64,000 bases of DNA from Octopus vulgaris (Eukaryota), in assembly GCA_951406725.2 (NCBI GenBank), contig OX597816.1:172236001-172300000 (forward strand). The letters run 5' to 3'. The position numbers were made by a program, and so were the translations under genes. The notes below the pieces were generated by a model that had not been told where the DNA came from, made no database searches, and saw only the letters and a list, made by a program, of their open reading frames with translations. Below, one piece after another: positions 1 to 13,540 of the stretch; the first letter of the stretch is position 1, and each line of letters opens with the position of its first letter.

Positions 1-248
1 TGAAAAAGTACCATTCGAGCGTGATCGATGCCAGTATCATCTGACTGGCTCCTATGCCAGTGGCACTTGAAAAGCACCCACTACACTCTAGGAGTGGTTG
101 GCATTAGGAAGGGTATCCAGCTGTAGAAACCTTGCCAGAACAGACTGGAGCCTGACTGCAGCCTCCTGGCTTGCCAGTTCTCAGTCAAACCGTCCTACCC
201 ATGCCAGCATGGAAAGCAGATGTTAAACGACGACGATGATGATGATGA
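1..248 (+). mobile_element. 3' tail of RTE-clade LINE (or derived SINE) ending in (GAT)n
   Basis: Same 3' sequence (aaaagcacccactacac...aacccatgccagcatggaa...aaacgatgatgat) as the tail of the RT-bearing RTE copy at 43640-45066. Confidence 0.75.
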
Positions 249-588
249 TATATAACAATATAGATAATTATGACATATTGTTACACCAGTCAAAGTTTAG
301 GTAAACTTCATCACCCACTCACTCACTCTCTCTCTCTCTCCCCACATAAAAATGAAACTCATTTCGGTGCCAAAAGTTGCAAAGGGAAAAATGCTTTAGC
401 TTTTCAAATATATTCTGCAATCTAGGATTATTATATACATTACTAGCAGTATCGCCCGTATATATATATATATACATACAAACATATATATATATATACA
501 TATATATATACATACAAACATATATATATATATATATACATACAAACATATATATATATACATACAAACATATATATATATATATATA

Positions 589-993
589 CTAGCAGTATCG
601 CCCGGCGTTGCTCGGGTTTGTAAGGGAAATAACTATATAAGCATTTTTAGAGAGTTATAGCCAAAAAATAGCAGAAAAATGCATTAAAAATGGAAAAAAA
701 ATTATGGTAAATTTTTTTTTAAATCGTTGACTCATCGTAGACATTTTCAGAGAGTTACTTCCCTTATATAATAGCGAAAAAATGCATTAAAATGGAAAAA
801 TATGATGATAAATTTGTTTTAAAATCGTAGACTCATCATAGACGCGTGCTAATACCCAGAAGGGCTCGATATGAATCACGACTATAAGATACCCGGTTTT
901 GGTTAAACTGCACCGCAAAATGTGGGAGTAGTTAGGAATCTAAATCGTAGGAGACCGACACACAACTTGACTTTTATATATAAAAATATAAAG
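589..993 (-). mobile_element. Non-autonomous Helitron
   Basis: On the minus strand: TC-type 5' end (TCTTTAT..), subterminal hairpin CCCGAGCAACGCCGGG and 3' CTAG; no TSD; multiple copies in the window. Confidence 0.85.
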
Positions 994-1817
994 ATATCCA
1001 GTGATTTTACGAGGTACCACTAACTTTTATAACCTCTGCATTCATTTGAAACTTCTTTGAATTTTCAATTTAATGTAATCCACACTCTCTCGAAAAGGTA
1101 TTTCTGCAAAATGTTATCTAAAATTATGGGTAAAGAAAGAAATAACAAAAAATATTTGAAAATGGGGGTGGGGTGGGGGAAATTTCCAAGGGTTCCACTT
1201 CATCCCACTCCGTTTCCCAGACCCCAAAAAAGGGGTTTGTAGCACATTAGGAGGTCACCAGAATACATTCAACAGAAAAAAAATATTTCCAATGATTCTG
1301 GGTATATTGAGGGAGGGGGGGTCCGGTTTCCCCCACTACCACCTTTTTTTTCAGAACAAAAAAAAAAAGGAGTTTGCAGCATATTAGGAGGTCAGGATAC
1401 TTGATTCCATGCGAAAAAATCCGATTTTTTTCTTGGTGAAAATCATGCGGGTGAAAGGATCAAAATTTACCCTAGGGTCAATAAAATAGAGTACAAGCCA
1501 AATGTTGGAATAAATATGATTCGTAGTATAAATAAGTATAATTTATCCCCGGAATTTCAGGCCATGTATCTTTATGGACCAAAACCTATCGCGTAAAAAT
1601 ACACCGCAGTATTGTAATCGCGGGCCACGAACAAATGAGCTTCTACGCAGTCATCCGGTGAGCTAGAAATAGCAACCAAGTTCCCACGAATACACTACCG
1701 CCTTAAAAATATGAAGGACACAACGGACCACCGAAAATATCCGTGACCATCGTATGGCTACTCATCAGGGGTGACCTGGGTTTAAACAACAGCGACAATA
1801 ATAATAATGATAATACA

Positions 1818-2047
1818 TATCTTTATTGCCCACAAGGGGCTAAACATAGAGGGGACAAACAAGGACAGACAAAGGGATTAAGTCGATTATATCGACCCCA
1901 GTGCGTAACTGGTACTTAATTTATCGACCCCGAAAGGATGAAAGGCAAAGTCGACCTCGGCGGAATTTGAACTCAGACCGTAAGGGCAGACGAAATACGG
2001 CTACGCATTTCGCCCGGCGTGCTAACGTTTCTGGCCAGCTCGCCGCC
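1818..2047 (-). mobile_element. tRNA-derived SINE, family B (MetaSINE-like central domain)
   Basis: Head with B-box-like GAGTTCAAATTCC and central GCCTTTCATCCTTTCGGGGTCGATAAATTAAGTACC; several near-identical copies. Confidence 0.8.
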
Positions 2048-2562
2048 TAATAATTATGATAATAAACGTCGACCAAGTTTCATAATTTCTCGACTTATAG
2101 TAATTCTCATTTAAGCGGGTTTACTTTCTCGATAGACACATTCCTATCTGTGGTAAACAGTTACGAAATAAAACGGGAATTACATAACGCAATGACATAC
2201 AACGGGACGGGTGTGAAAAAAATAAACGAAAAGGGTCGAAGTGAAACATCTGCTCTGAAAAGCAACATGATGAGTAAGGGTTTGAGTCATGAGCACTCTA
2301 CTGCAGAGGCTTCGTCGTAAATATATTATCATCGGTTCATTGGTTACGTTGATACGGAGGGAAATGATAGCATTATTAGTCTGGCGTGACCGTATACACA
2401 CAGCACTGTGTCAGTACAATTAATATTGTATTGATTACATACATACATGTGAAGGGACAGGTGTGTATATATATATATATGTGTGTGTGTGTGTTGAAAA
2501 CGTATAGTAAATGCACAAACGAAACATACACACACACATACGTATATATATATAAACATACC

Positions 2563-2787
2563 GGTGGGCTTGGCAGAAACGTTAGCACGCCGGGCGAAAT
2601 GCATAGCCGTATTTCGTCCGCCGTTACGTTCTGAGTTCAAATTCCGCCGAGGTCGACTTTGCCTTTCATCCTTTCGGGGTCGATAAATAAAGTACCAGTT
2701 ACGCACTGGGGTCGATGTAATCGACTTAATCCCTTTGTCCTTGTTTGTCCCCTCTATGTTTAGCCCCTTGTGGGCAGTAAAGAAATA
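2563..2787 (+). mobile_element. SINE family B
   Basis: Near-identical to the reverse complement of 1818-2047. Confidence 0.8.
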
Positions 2788-2904
2788 TATATACACACAT
2801 ACCATTATAGATACTTATTACATATACACGTGTGATTATGTGCATTTTATATAGATAGCGAAAATTTTGCATACGCCATGGGCCATATGACTTTATCTAT
2901 AAAC

Positions 2905-3500
2905 CCTGCAAGGTCAGTTGGATAATGGTACACGTGCACTTAGTGATTCTAAAAAGAAGCATGGAAATGCCACTATACAGTAATTAAAGATATGAAGGTA
3001 AGGAAAGCCCTTAGTCCATCAGGAATCACCACTGAATACTTAAAATATCTGGTCTACTCACCTGCATAGTTAATCACATAGTACAAAGTGTTACACCCAA
3101 TGACTGGCTTTGCAGCATTACAGTCAACTGTCACAAAGGTAAAGGAGATACCTTAGATAGAAGTAATTTCAGAGGTACCAAATTGCTGGACCTCATTACG
3201 AGAATTACAGCCCAATTAATTAGGAAGACAATTACGTTAAATGAGATACAGTTGGGTTTTATACTTGGGAGAAATACTACTGATACTTTCTACTAAGACA
3301 ACTACAGAAGTATTTTGCTTCAGGTAAGCCATTGTACTTGGAGTTTAGTGACCTTGTGAAAGCCTTCAACAGGGTCCTTTGCTCTGTAATCTGGTGGTCC
3401 CAAAGGAAGCTAAGGGTAGACAAATGGCTTGTGAGAGCCATATAAGCAATGTACAAGAGAGGAAAAGACAACAGAATGGAGATGATTGGCAAGTCACTGC
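2905..3500 (+). mobile_element. Decayed RTE-clade LINE reverse transcriptase fragment
   Basis: Frameshifted pieces such as KGKGDTLDRSNFRGTKLL and LRQLQKYFASGKPLYLEFSDLVKAFNRV...IWW..RKLRVDKWLVRAI. Confidence 0.7.
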
Positions 3501-4486
3501 AGTTAAGAAGACCTGTCCATCTCAAGGAGGATGAGGTCTTAAAAGCATTTTCCTTATGTCTATATGCCCTGTCAAACCTCGATTTCCTAACATCCACCTC
3601 TCCACACTTCTAATTATGACACTATTCAGCTGCTATAATTATAAGAGCAAAATATGCACATATTTTAACCTTCTTTGTGCTACCTCTCCTTGGAACCACT
3701 TCCTTTTAAGAGCCACCCTTCATTATCAATATCATTCCTTCTCATTTTATTTTCCTCTCATCACCCCATTCTGTACCTCCAGTTACTTATCTCTCTCCTC
3801 TGAGATACATCTAAGACTGTCATTACTTTATTTGCTCTCATTCTCATCACTTTGTCATGTCTACTATGGACAGCTTCCCTCCCACCTTTGTCCCCCACCC
3901 CACTCACTATAACTGCTCCTACATACCTCTGACATCCATCTCTGTTATTATACAGTAATACCCCACTTTATGAGGACCCACTTTACAAGACCCCGGGTTT
4001 AAGAGTTTTATTTTATAATAACTTCTTCAAGTACAAGATCCAAACTCTGAACGAAGTGGAAAAGTTTCTATTACCATAACAAATACTTCTGCAAATTACT
4101 GAGAAATTAACAGAGAGCGAAAAAAAGCAAACAACTCTAGACTTGTTTTTTTAAAAAGAAATCTACAAGTCTGTCTACGAGTGCTTGTTATCAAGTTTAC
4201 AAGTGAAAACAATTATAATATTTTTTATTATAAATGAACTTGACATTCCTTTTACTTTACATAAAATATTCTTTACAGTCTACTGTTGTTTTATTGCCAT
4301 TTATTTATGAGTATTATAAATTTTAAAGGTAAAATATTTTTCGGGGAACTAATTACAATTTATAACATTGCTACTATGGGAAATTATTGTTCTGCATTAA
4401 GAGCAGTCTCTGGGAACAAATTAACTCATATATCGAGGTATTACCATACATGTTTCTCTCATCCCCACATATTCTCTGATCTATGG

Positions 4487-4866
4487 GAAGCACTCCGTCG
4501 GTTACGACGACGAGGGTTCCGGTTGATCCGATCAACGGAACAGCCTGCTCGTGAAATTAACATGTAAGTGGCTGAGCACTCCACAGACACGTGTACCCTT
4601 AACGTAGTTCTCAGGGATATTCAACGTGATACAGAGTGACAAGGCCGGCCCTTTGAAATACAGGTACAACAGAAACAGGAAGTAAGAGTGAGAGAAAGTT
4701 GTGGTGAAAGAGTACAGCAGGGATCACCACCATCCCCTGCCGGAGCATCGTGGAGCTTTAGGTGTTTTCGCTCAATAAACACTCACAACGCCCGGTCTGG
4801 GAATCGAAACCGCGATCCTATGACCGCGAGTTCGCTGCCCTAACCACTGGGCCATTGCGCCTCCAC
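4487..4866 (-). mobile_element. tRNA-derived SINE, family C
   Basis: Minus-strand head GTGGAGGCGCAATGGCCCAGTGGTTAGGG...GGTTTCGATTCCC (A/B boxes); flanked by TSD TCTCTGATCTA; other copies at 29526 and 56966. Confidence 0.85.
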
Positions 4867-5582
4867 AATCTCTGATCTACTTACAAGTTGATTATACTGT
4901 TGCTCTCCCACATCACCTCTTCCTTCCTGAACCACTCCTCTTCTTTCGCCTTCCTCTCATACTGATATTTATCACCAACCACACCTCCACTCTTATCCCA
5001 TTCATTACATTCACCTCAGCATCCATTTCTTATCATTTGTCACTCTCTTCCCACACTCAAATGAACTTATTCACCCATTATTACTGATTCTTCATCCATA
5101 GTTTGTCATATTCACCTTCTTGTATCTTGAGAATATGCTCTGACCCCTCATCAACACCCTTGTTGTTTTCTTTCCTGCTACTCCCACTCTTCTTTATATA
5201 AAGAGGGGAAGCCACGTGTCTCCTCTGCAACAAGAGGCTTGTGCCTGTCCTATCATACTTCTGCTTCTCAACACCTGACATCAACCCACATCTCTTTCAA
5301 CCAAAACCCCGTTCAGCCAAGGGGTCTTTTCCTTTGTCTCGTAAGGTACTTGCTAACCTTATTTGTGCCAGTGTCATGGATAAAGAAAACGCCCAGCACA
5401 TTCTAAAAACTGGTTGGGATTAGAAAGGACATCCACCCATAGAAACCCATAAAAAGAGACACTAGAATTCAATGCAGTCCCACTGTCCTCCATCTTGTCA
5501 GTTTCTGCCAAACCAAACCTGCCAGGGGAGCAGGGAAGAAGGACACTGAATGATGATGATGAGAATGTGTGTGTATTTGTTG

Positions 5583-5986
5583 CAGGCATGGTTGTGTGGT
5601 AAAAAGCTTGGGTCCCAAACCACATAGTTTCAGGCAAATGTCTTCTACTGTAGCCTCAGGCCAACCAAAGTCTTGTGAATGGATTTGATAGATGGAAACT
5701 GAAAGAATTCCATCATATGTGTGTGTGTCAGTGTGTGTATCTATGTGTGTGTGTGTGTCCTTGTGTCTGTGTTTGTCCCCACCACCACCACCATCACCAC
5801 TTGACAATCAGTGTTGGTATGTTTACATTCCTACAATTTAGCAGTTTCACAAAAGATACCGATAGAATAAATACAAGGCTTAAAGAAAAGTAAGTCCTAG
5901 GGTTGGTTTGTTCGACTAAAACCCTTCAAGGTGGTGCTCTTGCAAAGCTGCAGTCAAATGACTGAAACAAGTAAAAGAATAAAAGA
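5583..5986 (+). mobile_element. Diverged SINE family A copy
   Basis: Degenerate match to family A, including the tail gcagtcaaatgactgaaacaagtaaaaga. Confidence 0.7.
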
Positions 5987-6339
5987 ATACCCACACATGT
6001 ATGTATGTATTTATTCCAAGAAGATACATGTGGCAGGTGCACATGCATGGAAAGATGCAAAAGAGCAAACTCAGCATAAAAGCATCCAAAGACAAGGTGG
6101 AGGTGCTCAACTGGGTAATAGTTTGACTCAAACTATCATGGAAATCAAAATGGAAAGTACCAGAACAAATATTGCAAATCATCTCATTTGATGCCCGACC
6201 AAATCTGTCAACCCCTGCTCTGGGCTGTTACTTATTTTATAGACCCTAAAAGCACAAAAGCAAAGGTGACCCCAGCAGGATTTGAACTTGGGATGCATAG
6301 AACCAGAATGAACACCCCAGCAGCTCAGCCAATTTGCTG

Positions 6340-9200
6340 CCTATATATCAGTCCCATCCATGCCAGCATGGAAGGGCAGGCAGGTGTCTGCAACTTTAAG
6401 GTGGAATACCCCTCGGAGGCTTGCCATGTCACGATTGATTACAGTGGCGTCATAGTCTGCGATGCTCTCATTTGTAGGTTGGAGGACAAGGAAATCTGCC
6501 TTGACATTCTGGGTGACTCCAAGCAAGACATGACCTTGGAAGAAGCCCTGGGGTACGTCGAAGCAAAGGTAGAAAACACTCAGCCAGCCGGCTCATGGGC
6601 CACAGCACCACCTCAAGCACTGCGGTCTCCAGTTCATATAGGCGCGAGGAGCAGCACCACCTGATCAATAAATCCAGCGAACCCCATGATACACATGCCC
6701 CTAGTCCCTGTAGTTACGGCGGAAAACACAGCCATGGATGTCGTGTACAGAAATGCACGAGGAAATGCCCTGCCTACAATCACAAAGGTACTACGTATGG
6801 CATCTATGAGAAGGTCTGCTACCAACAATGCCATCCCCAGCAACAGGCTCAAACCAATGCAGCTGGTGTGGAAGAGCACACAACTGCAATATTCAACACC
6901 CTATGCCTTGTGGTTGACCTCCCAGACAAATCCTCTACCCAAGCAATAATTCTTGACCACCATGTATACAATGACCTCTGCGCTATCTGGGTGAAAATGC
7001 TCTTCCGACCCCCATCCCTTTGTCACTACCTTCATTCAAGCCAACTCAGCTGACATGAAGGCATTGGGCTTCCCCTGCTTCTCTTTCATGACTGACTGCA
7101 GCTGTCACAACACTAAGGCAGACACTGGATGCCAGTCATGACTGACTGGGACAAGTCTCCTATCCAAACTGGGTTTGGACTAGTGCCATCTTATACTGGT
7201 CAACATGAAAATGGCTTCCACTAACAACAGCCCCATAGATATCATTGGTGCCCTGACCCTAGGCATATCTGGGACTGCCGCATTCTCTGCAAAGTGCATG
7301 AACTGTCAAATCATCTATATCATTCCTTCAACTGACACTTTTCCTCTCCAAGCAAGTCTGTGTCACCCTCAGGATGATTCCTCCCCATTTCCCCACGATT
7401 GGAAAAAATTGTGGGAATGTCGGCACCCCGCTGGAAATATCTCCTGCAATGATGATGTAGAATGTATGCAGCTAACCCCTAGGACAAATACCACCCCATC
7501 ATCCCACTTCACTACCATTTCTAGCCACTGAGAACCATGGTCACCTGGGGAAGTGGCTGCTAGAATACTACAGCTCCAGCACATTCAACATCTGTGAACA
7601 TCAGCGACTCCCCAAGATGTCTGGCCCATTGATCCACTTAATAGTAGACCTTGATGTTAAACCAGTCACCTACTATACACCCCTACCAGTCCTGGTTCAT
7701 TGGCAAAAGGAAAAGAAAGCAGGTCTTGATCACAATGCTCAACTTGGAGTTATCGAGCCTGTCCCCATTGGTACACCTGTCACCTTATGCCACAGAATGG
7801 TGGCATGTCCCTAGAAGTCTGGAAAACCTTGACGGACTGTTGATCTTCAGTCTCTCAACTGACACACAGTCTGCGAGACACATTACACCTGATCCCCATT
7901 CTACCAAGCCCACTCTGTACTGCACCACACCCAAAAAACTGCCTTTAACACTTGGAATAGCTACCACAGCATTGCCCTCAATGAGAGGGACTGCCGCCTA
8001 ACCACCTTCATCATGCCCTGGAGTCACTTCAGCTATTGCGTTACACCACAAGCAATGTATCCACATTGCTTCATGGAATGGCTACAGCCAATGGTTCAAC
8101 AAAACTGCCTCAAGCATCCCCCAGAAAATGAAGTGCATCAACAACACCTTGATGTGGTTGAACACCATTGAGGAAGCATTCTTTTAGGCTGTCCAATGGC
8201 ATTATTCTGAATCCAACTAAGTTCAACTTTGCCCAAACTACTGTCAAATTTACTGGGTTTCAGATCACCCCTACCACAGTGCAACCCTGTGTCTGATATC
8301 TCAAGGCAATCCATGACTTTCCCACCCCTAGGAACATCACCGACATCCACAGCTGGTTTGGGCTGATCAGCCAAGTCTCCTATGCCTTTGCTTCTGCAGA
8401 ACGAACATTACCATTCTGGGAACTCCTCAAGCCAGGCACCTGGTTTGTATGGATAGACCAGCTGAATAGGTTCTTCAAAGAATCCAAATCAATCATCAAC
8501 GAGATCCAAAGAGGTGTGGAGATCTTCAACAAAACCAGGCCATCTTTGTCACCGACAGCATTGGCTTTTGGTGTTCCAAAAACATTGTGCATTCCTGTTC
8601 CCCTGCCCATTTTATTGCAAATCTGGCTGGAAAAATCACCCTGCATTCCTGACACCAACACCAACGACAAGACTACTTTCTCAACCCAGTTTAACAGCTC
8701 CTCATGCAGCTACACCACCGACACCTCAGGCCTACCCAATGTACCCACTTCCCAACACCAAGACCACCACAGCCAGAAATCCATCTACACCACCTACCCC
8801 CAGAGCCTCACCTACTTCCCCTACCTTCACCACCTCACCTACTCAAGTACGGTCATATCCAGAGAGCCCTTCAAGCCGTATGACCACAAAACACCCCTAG
8901 CCTCCAAAAGTGGCCCTTGCCTGATGCAACTGCCCCCTCCCCCCCACCATCCAGCAATCGCCCCATTTGTCACTACTCCAGACTGGCAAAGACTGACACA
9001 AAAGCCTGATGCCCAAGTGACATACTACCCCTTGATTGTCACACCATCAACATTAATTAACTGTCTCTCACACTAATTATCTCATTTTCTTTAACCATTT
9101 AATACATATTATCAGTCTTCTTTACTTCCCTCCAAGAACTTGGGAAGGGCATAGAGGACTACAACTAAACACACATATATTATCATTTATTACATTACAG
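6340..9200 (+). mobile_element. Decayed Gypsy (Ty3) LTR retrotransposon gag-pol
   Basis: Gag-like DALICRLEDKEICLDIL...LEEALGYVEAK, protease ADTGCQS (~7118), RT pieces LGVIEPVPIGTPVT..HRMV, RTVDLQSLN, LTTFIMPW, LNPTKFNFAQ and [16 protein letters not shown]; many stops and frameshifts; purine tract near 9140. Confidence 0.85.
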
Positions 9201-9956
9201 GAAGACATGGGACGAGGTGGTCAAGCATGACCTTCGTACGCTGAGCCTCATAGAGGCTATGACAAACGACCAAGACCTCTGGAGATATGCTGTCACTTCA
9301 AAGACCCAACAAATGAAGTGAGTTCATGGCTTGCAGTGCTTGAGGAGACCTATTGTGTCAAGTACATCAACATCAAAATATCGAATGGATATTGTAGTTG
9401 TGATACCCGTGCCGGTGGCACATAGGGCCTCACAGAGGAAATGACAAAGACCGAGACCTCTGAGATGTGCTGTGACTGTGAAGACCCGACAAATGAAGTG
9501 AGTTCATGGCTCGCAGGATGGCCTGCTGTGCTAACCTTGGATTGTAAAGTGACCTGCTGTTCTTGAGGAGACCTATTGAGTTAAGTATGTCAACACCAAC
9601 ATCAAAATAAAAATCAAATGGAAATTGTAGTTAAGATACCTGTGCCAGTGACACATAAAAAGCACCGTCCAAACATGGCAGATGCCAGCGCCACCTTGAC
9701 TGGCTTCTGTGCCAGTGGCATGTAAAAAGCACCAACCGACCGTGACCATTTGCCAGCCTCCTCTGGCCCCTGTGCTGGTGGCACGTAAAAAGCACCCACT
9801 ACACTCACGGAGTGGTTGGCGTTAGGAAGGGCATCCAGCTGTAGAAACACTACCAGATCAGACTGGAGCCTGGAGCAGCCTCCTGGCTTCCCAGACCCCG
9901 GTCGAGCCATCCAACCCATGCTAGCATGGAAAACAGGCGTTAAATGATGATGATGA
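9200..9956 (+). mobile_element. RTE LINE 3' end (C-terminal coding remnant, partly duplicated, plus tail)
   Basis: RKTWDEVVKHDLRTLSL...LWRYAV followed by the RTE 3' tail and (GAT)n. Confidence 0.8.
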
Positions 9957-10404
9957 TTCAATTCGCCATACATTTAATGTGGATTGGTACTTGTTGAATG
10001 ATGGTGATATCTCCTGTGCAATGCAATTTTAGGGAGTTCTCTTCATAAAGCCCCTGATTGTTCTTATAATTCTGTGAACATTTCTTGAGATGGTTCCATG
10101 TGTGTTCCATAATTATTTTGTATTTTGGCATCTTCACCTTCAGTTTCAAATGCTAACATTTTTCCCAATGGAAATATTTTGTTAACTGAATAGCAGAGAT
10201 CAAGTTGGTAGAAACATATATATATATATATATCATGCTAGCATGGAAAGCGGACGTTAAACGATGATGATGATGATGATGATGATATATATATATTTTT
10301 TTTTAACCTTTCCCAGTGTAGAATGAGCAATCCTGCTACTAGTGAGAAAAGTTTCAGCAATTCCAGGTGTGGTCACTCAACAACAATCTACACAACAATC
10401 TACA

Positions 10405-10810
10405 TAGGCGCAGGAGTGGCTGTGTGGTAAGTAGCTTGCTAACCAACCACATGGTTCGAGGTTCAGTCTCACTGCATGGCATCTTGGGCAAGTGTCTTCT
10501 GCTATAGCCCCGAACCGACCAACGCTTTGTGAGTGGATTTGGTAGAGGGAAACTGAAAGAAGCCTGTCGTATATATGTATATATATATATATGTGTGTGT
10601 GTTTGCGTGTCTGTGTTTGTCCCCCTAGCATTGCTTGACAACCGATGCTGGTGTGTTTACGTCCCTATCACTTAACGGTTCGGCAAAAGAGACCGATAGA
10701 ATAAGTACTGGGCTTACAAAGAATAAGTCCCGGGGTCGATTTGCTCGACTAAAGGCGGTGCTCTAGCATGGCCGCAGTCAAATGACTGAAACAAGTAAGA
10801 GAGTAAAAGA
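10405..10810 (+). mobile_element. tRNA-derived SINE, family A (CORE-like)
   Basis: Head GGCGCAGGAGTGGCTGTGTGGTAAG...GGTTCAGTC, CORE-like CTTGGGCAAGTGTCTTC, internal (TA)/(TG) tract and AAGAGTAAAAGA tail; more than 10 copies in the window. Confidence 0.85.
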
Positions 10811-11098
10811 CAAACGGACAAATGCTTACTAAAATTAGGTTAATCAAAATTGTTTTCCCTACCCACCACATACAGAAAAAGAGCTGCTGATTCTTGCGTA
10901 CAAGCTGCATGGTTTAGCAAAACGTTGGCAATGAATGCAAAGAATGAACTAAAGCAGGCATGAAACGAAAATATATTCGGGGGGGGGGGGGGGTAACATT
11001 TGTCAGTAGAAACAAAGGAGTGCAAATAAGTTGATAGAAAAGAAGGTATAAGAAGAACCAGCAGCAGTGTACGAGAGAGGATGCTCTCTTATAGTTTA

Positions 11099-11330
11099 AG
11101 GTGGCGAATTGGCAGAACCGTTAGCACGCCGGGCGAAATGCTTAGCGATATTTCGTCAGTTTTTACGTTCTGAGTTCAAATTCCGCCGAGGTCGACTTTG
11201 CCTTTCATCCTTTCGGGGTCGATGAATTAAGTACCAGTTACGCACTGGGGTCGATGTAATCGACTTAATCCGTTTGTCTGTCCTTGTTTGTCCCTTCTAT
11301 GTTTAGCCCCTTGTGGGCAATAAAGAAATA
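11099..11330 (+). mobile_element. SINE family B with TSD
   Basis: Full copy flanked by the direct repeat GAT(G/A)CTCTCTTATAGTT. Confidence 0.85.
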
Positions 11331-12756
11331 GATACTCTCTTATAGTTCCAGATGCAGAAGGTCTAACAAAAACTGAAAACATATTTTGCCTTTGGCTCCT
11401 CCGTACTGTGAGGTCCTAAGCTGTATCATGCTTAGCTAATGCTCCTCCACTGGTATGGACATGTGATGTGTGTATCAAGGATAACGGATGAGTAAAGAAG
11501 TGCCATGCAAGCTAAAGAAATCTGCAGAAAATATGGGATGAAAACTGATCTCAGAACGTTGTATTTCACAAAGAAGTTGATAAAGGGCTGCGACAAGAAG
11601 TGGAGAATACTCGTCCAACCCACGCAAGCACGGAAAAGCAAGAATGAAATGTAAATTTAAAATGCGGAAATACAATTATTTTAGATATTGATCTCCCCCA
11701 GCTGCGAGTCAATAGATTATCACTGCAGTAAATGTTGTTGCTGTCGTGGTCGTTTAGCCCCAGGTCAAGACAGTTTGAGCAAACTTATGACAAAAAGTGC
11801 CACGGACATGTTCACCCAGTTTTAGTCATACAATGCATCTCAGACTACATTATTTGAGGTGTCCTTCCTTTTTATTAAGACGAGAGCAATGATTTAAGAG
11901 AGTTGATTGTTACTTTCAGCAGTTTGAGCGACCACAGAGAGGCTCCTTCGTTGGCTTCCTAAGGTTATCGCCACAGGAGGTGGTTCTCATGACTGGCAGA
12001 AAATATAAACTGACAAATTGCCAGAGGCCGATCAAAACTTGTTATGATAGAAGTGGCCTCTACACGACTATTCGGCCTACTAGAAATAGCAACCAAATTT
12101 TTATCAATGCACACCTTATCACGTTAAAAAGGAAAGACAACTTGGACAACACAAGTCTGGGAGTACGAAGAGCTGGGATGGTCACAGCTGGAGTGTCTTT
12201 ATTCATAGGTTTGCTTGATCAGAGTTGACTTTGGGTTAAACAACAACTAGGAAACTATGACGGGAAAGAATAGAGGTAAAAAGCAATTGGGTCCCAGGGC
12301 ATTGGGAAGTTGATTACCGAAACCAATTTGTTAGAAGCAACAAATGAAGTACAGGTGATAGGATTATATGAAGTACAGGTGTTAGGATAGAAATATATTT
12401 CTTTTTGTAGATCAATGATGGCCTCGAAGCCAGGACACTGACATCAACTTGGTACTGACTGGTGAACCATTTATTTTTGTTTTGATATTTCAGTAGACAA
12501 ACAAAGCAGAATTCTCTTTGTATTCTTACGCAACAATTGTGTCAGTTTTTGACAAAGAAAATTAAAACATAAATCTACAAGTTTTGATAAGACAACCAAA
12601 GATATTATGAATAATTTATACAACTTTACATATGCAAAGTTAATGGAAGAGAAATTATATCTTAAAAAAAAACACAATAATACATAAAAATCGGGCATCA
12701 GTTGTTGAATTCCTAAAACAAAACAATGAACATAAGCGATTATTATTATTAAATAA

Positions 12757-13155
12757 CTAGCAGTATCGCCCGGCGTTGCTCGGGTTTGTAAGGGAAATAA
12801 CTATATAAGTATTTTTAGAGAGTTACAGCCAAAAAATAGCCAAAAAATGCATTAAAAATGGAAAAAAAATTTGGTAAATTTTTTTTTAATCGTTGACTCA
12901 TCGTAGACATTTTTAGAGAGTTACTTCCCTTATATAATAGCGAAAAAATGCATTAAAATGGGAAAAATGATGGTAAATTATTTTTTAAATCGTAGACTCA
13001 TCGTAGACGCGCGCTAATACCCAGAAGGGCTCGATATGAATCACGACTATAAGATACCCGGTTTTGGTTACACTGCACTGCAGAATGTGGGAGTAGTTAG
13101 GAATCTAAATCGAAGGGGACAGACACTCACACAAATACAGTTTTATATATAAAGA
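12757..13155 (-). mobile_element. Non-autonomous Helitron, about 200 bp inside ATG2 intron 1
   Basis: Same termini (CTAG plus hairpin; TCTTTATATATAAAA) as 589-993. Confidence 0.85.
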
Positions 13156-13363
13156 AGATTAGACATTTCGGAAGTCGAAAATTACAAGCTTTAACTACGA
13201 ATCATTGGTTTTTCTTGATTCTGTGCGAGATTATTAATTAATCGATGGGAAATCCCACTGGAAAGCAACTCCGATTCCGTTCCGAAGATCTCTCGATAAA
13301 GAATTCCATAACAAACAATGAAGTGAAAACATTGGAAAGAGAAAAGACGAAGCTTTTTTTTAC

Positions 13364-13540
13364 CTCTTCATCCAGACTAAGGTGTTCGATGGTTCCTTTG
13401 CCTTTAAATATATCGACACTGAGCTGTTCGAGGGATACATTGTCTTTGAGTAATTCGCCAAGATAATGATGAAGGAGGTAACGACAAGCCTTTAATTTGG
13501 TCTGTTCTGTAAACAGACCAGAAATCCAGGTTGTCGACAT
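13364..13540 (-). CDS. ATG2: Autophagy-related protein 2 (ATG2A/B-like), first coding exon (N-terminal chorein/VPS13-N region); the gene continues leftwards beyond the window
   Basis: Translates to MSTTWISGLFTEQTKLKACRYLLHHYLGELLKDNVSLEQLSVDIFKGKGTIEHLSLDEE, matching the ATG2 N-terminus pattern (K-x-x-CRYLL-x-x-YLG...LSL-x-QLS-x-D-x-x-x-G). The 177-nt exon ends at a phase-0 GAG|GTAAAA donor (GT at 13363-13362), after which the ORF loses similarity. It lies in CpG-retaining unique sequence. Confidence 0.93.

Noticed and set aside
4790-4866. tRNA genes at SINE heads (families A-D)
   Set aside because: A/B boxes are present but there is no complete cloverleaf, and they are fused to SINE bodies, some with TSDs.
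13238-13363. C-terminal part of the 100-aa ORF as ATG2 coding sequence
   Set aside because: It is intron read-through past the GT donor, with no ATG2 similarity after DEE.
1-13363. ATG2 exon 2
   Set aside because: No minus-strand segment with the expected G-x-I/V-x-x-I-x-V-x-VPW pattern and splice sites was found by eye. An MPW-containing frame near 12290-12330 does not fit. A short or diverged exon could have been missed.
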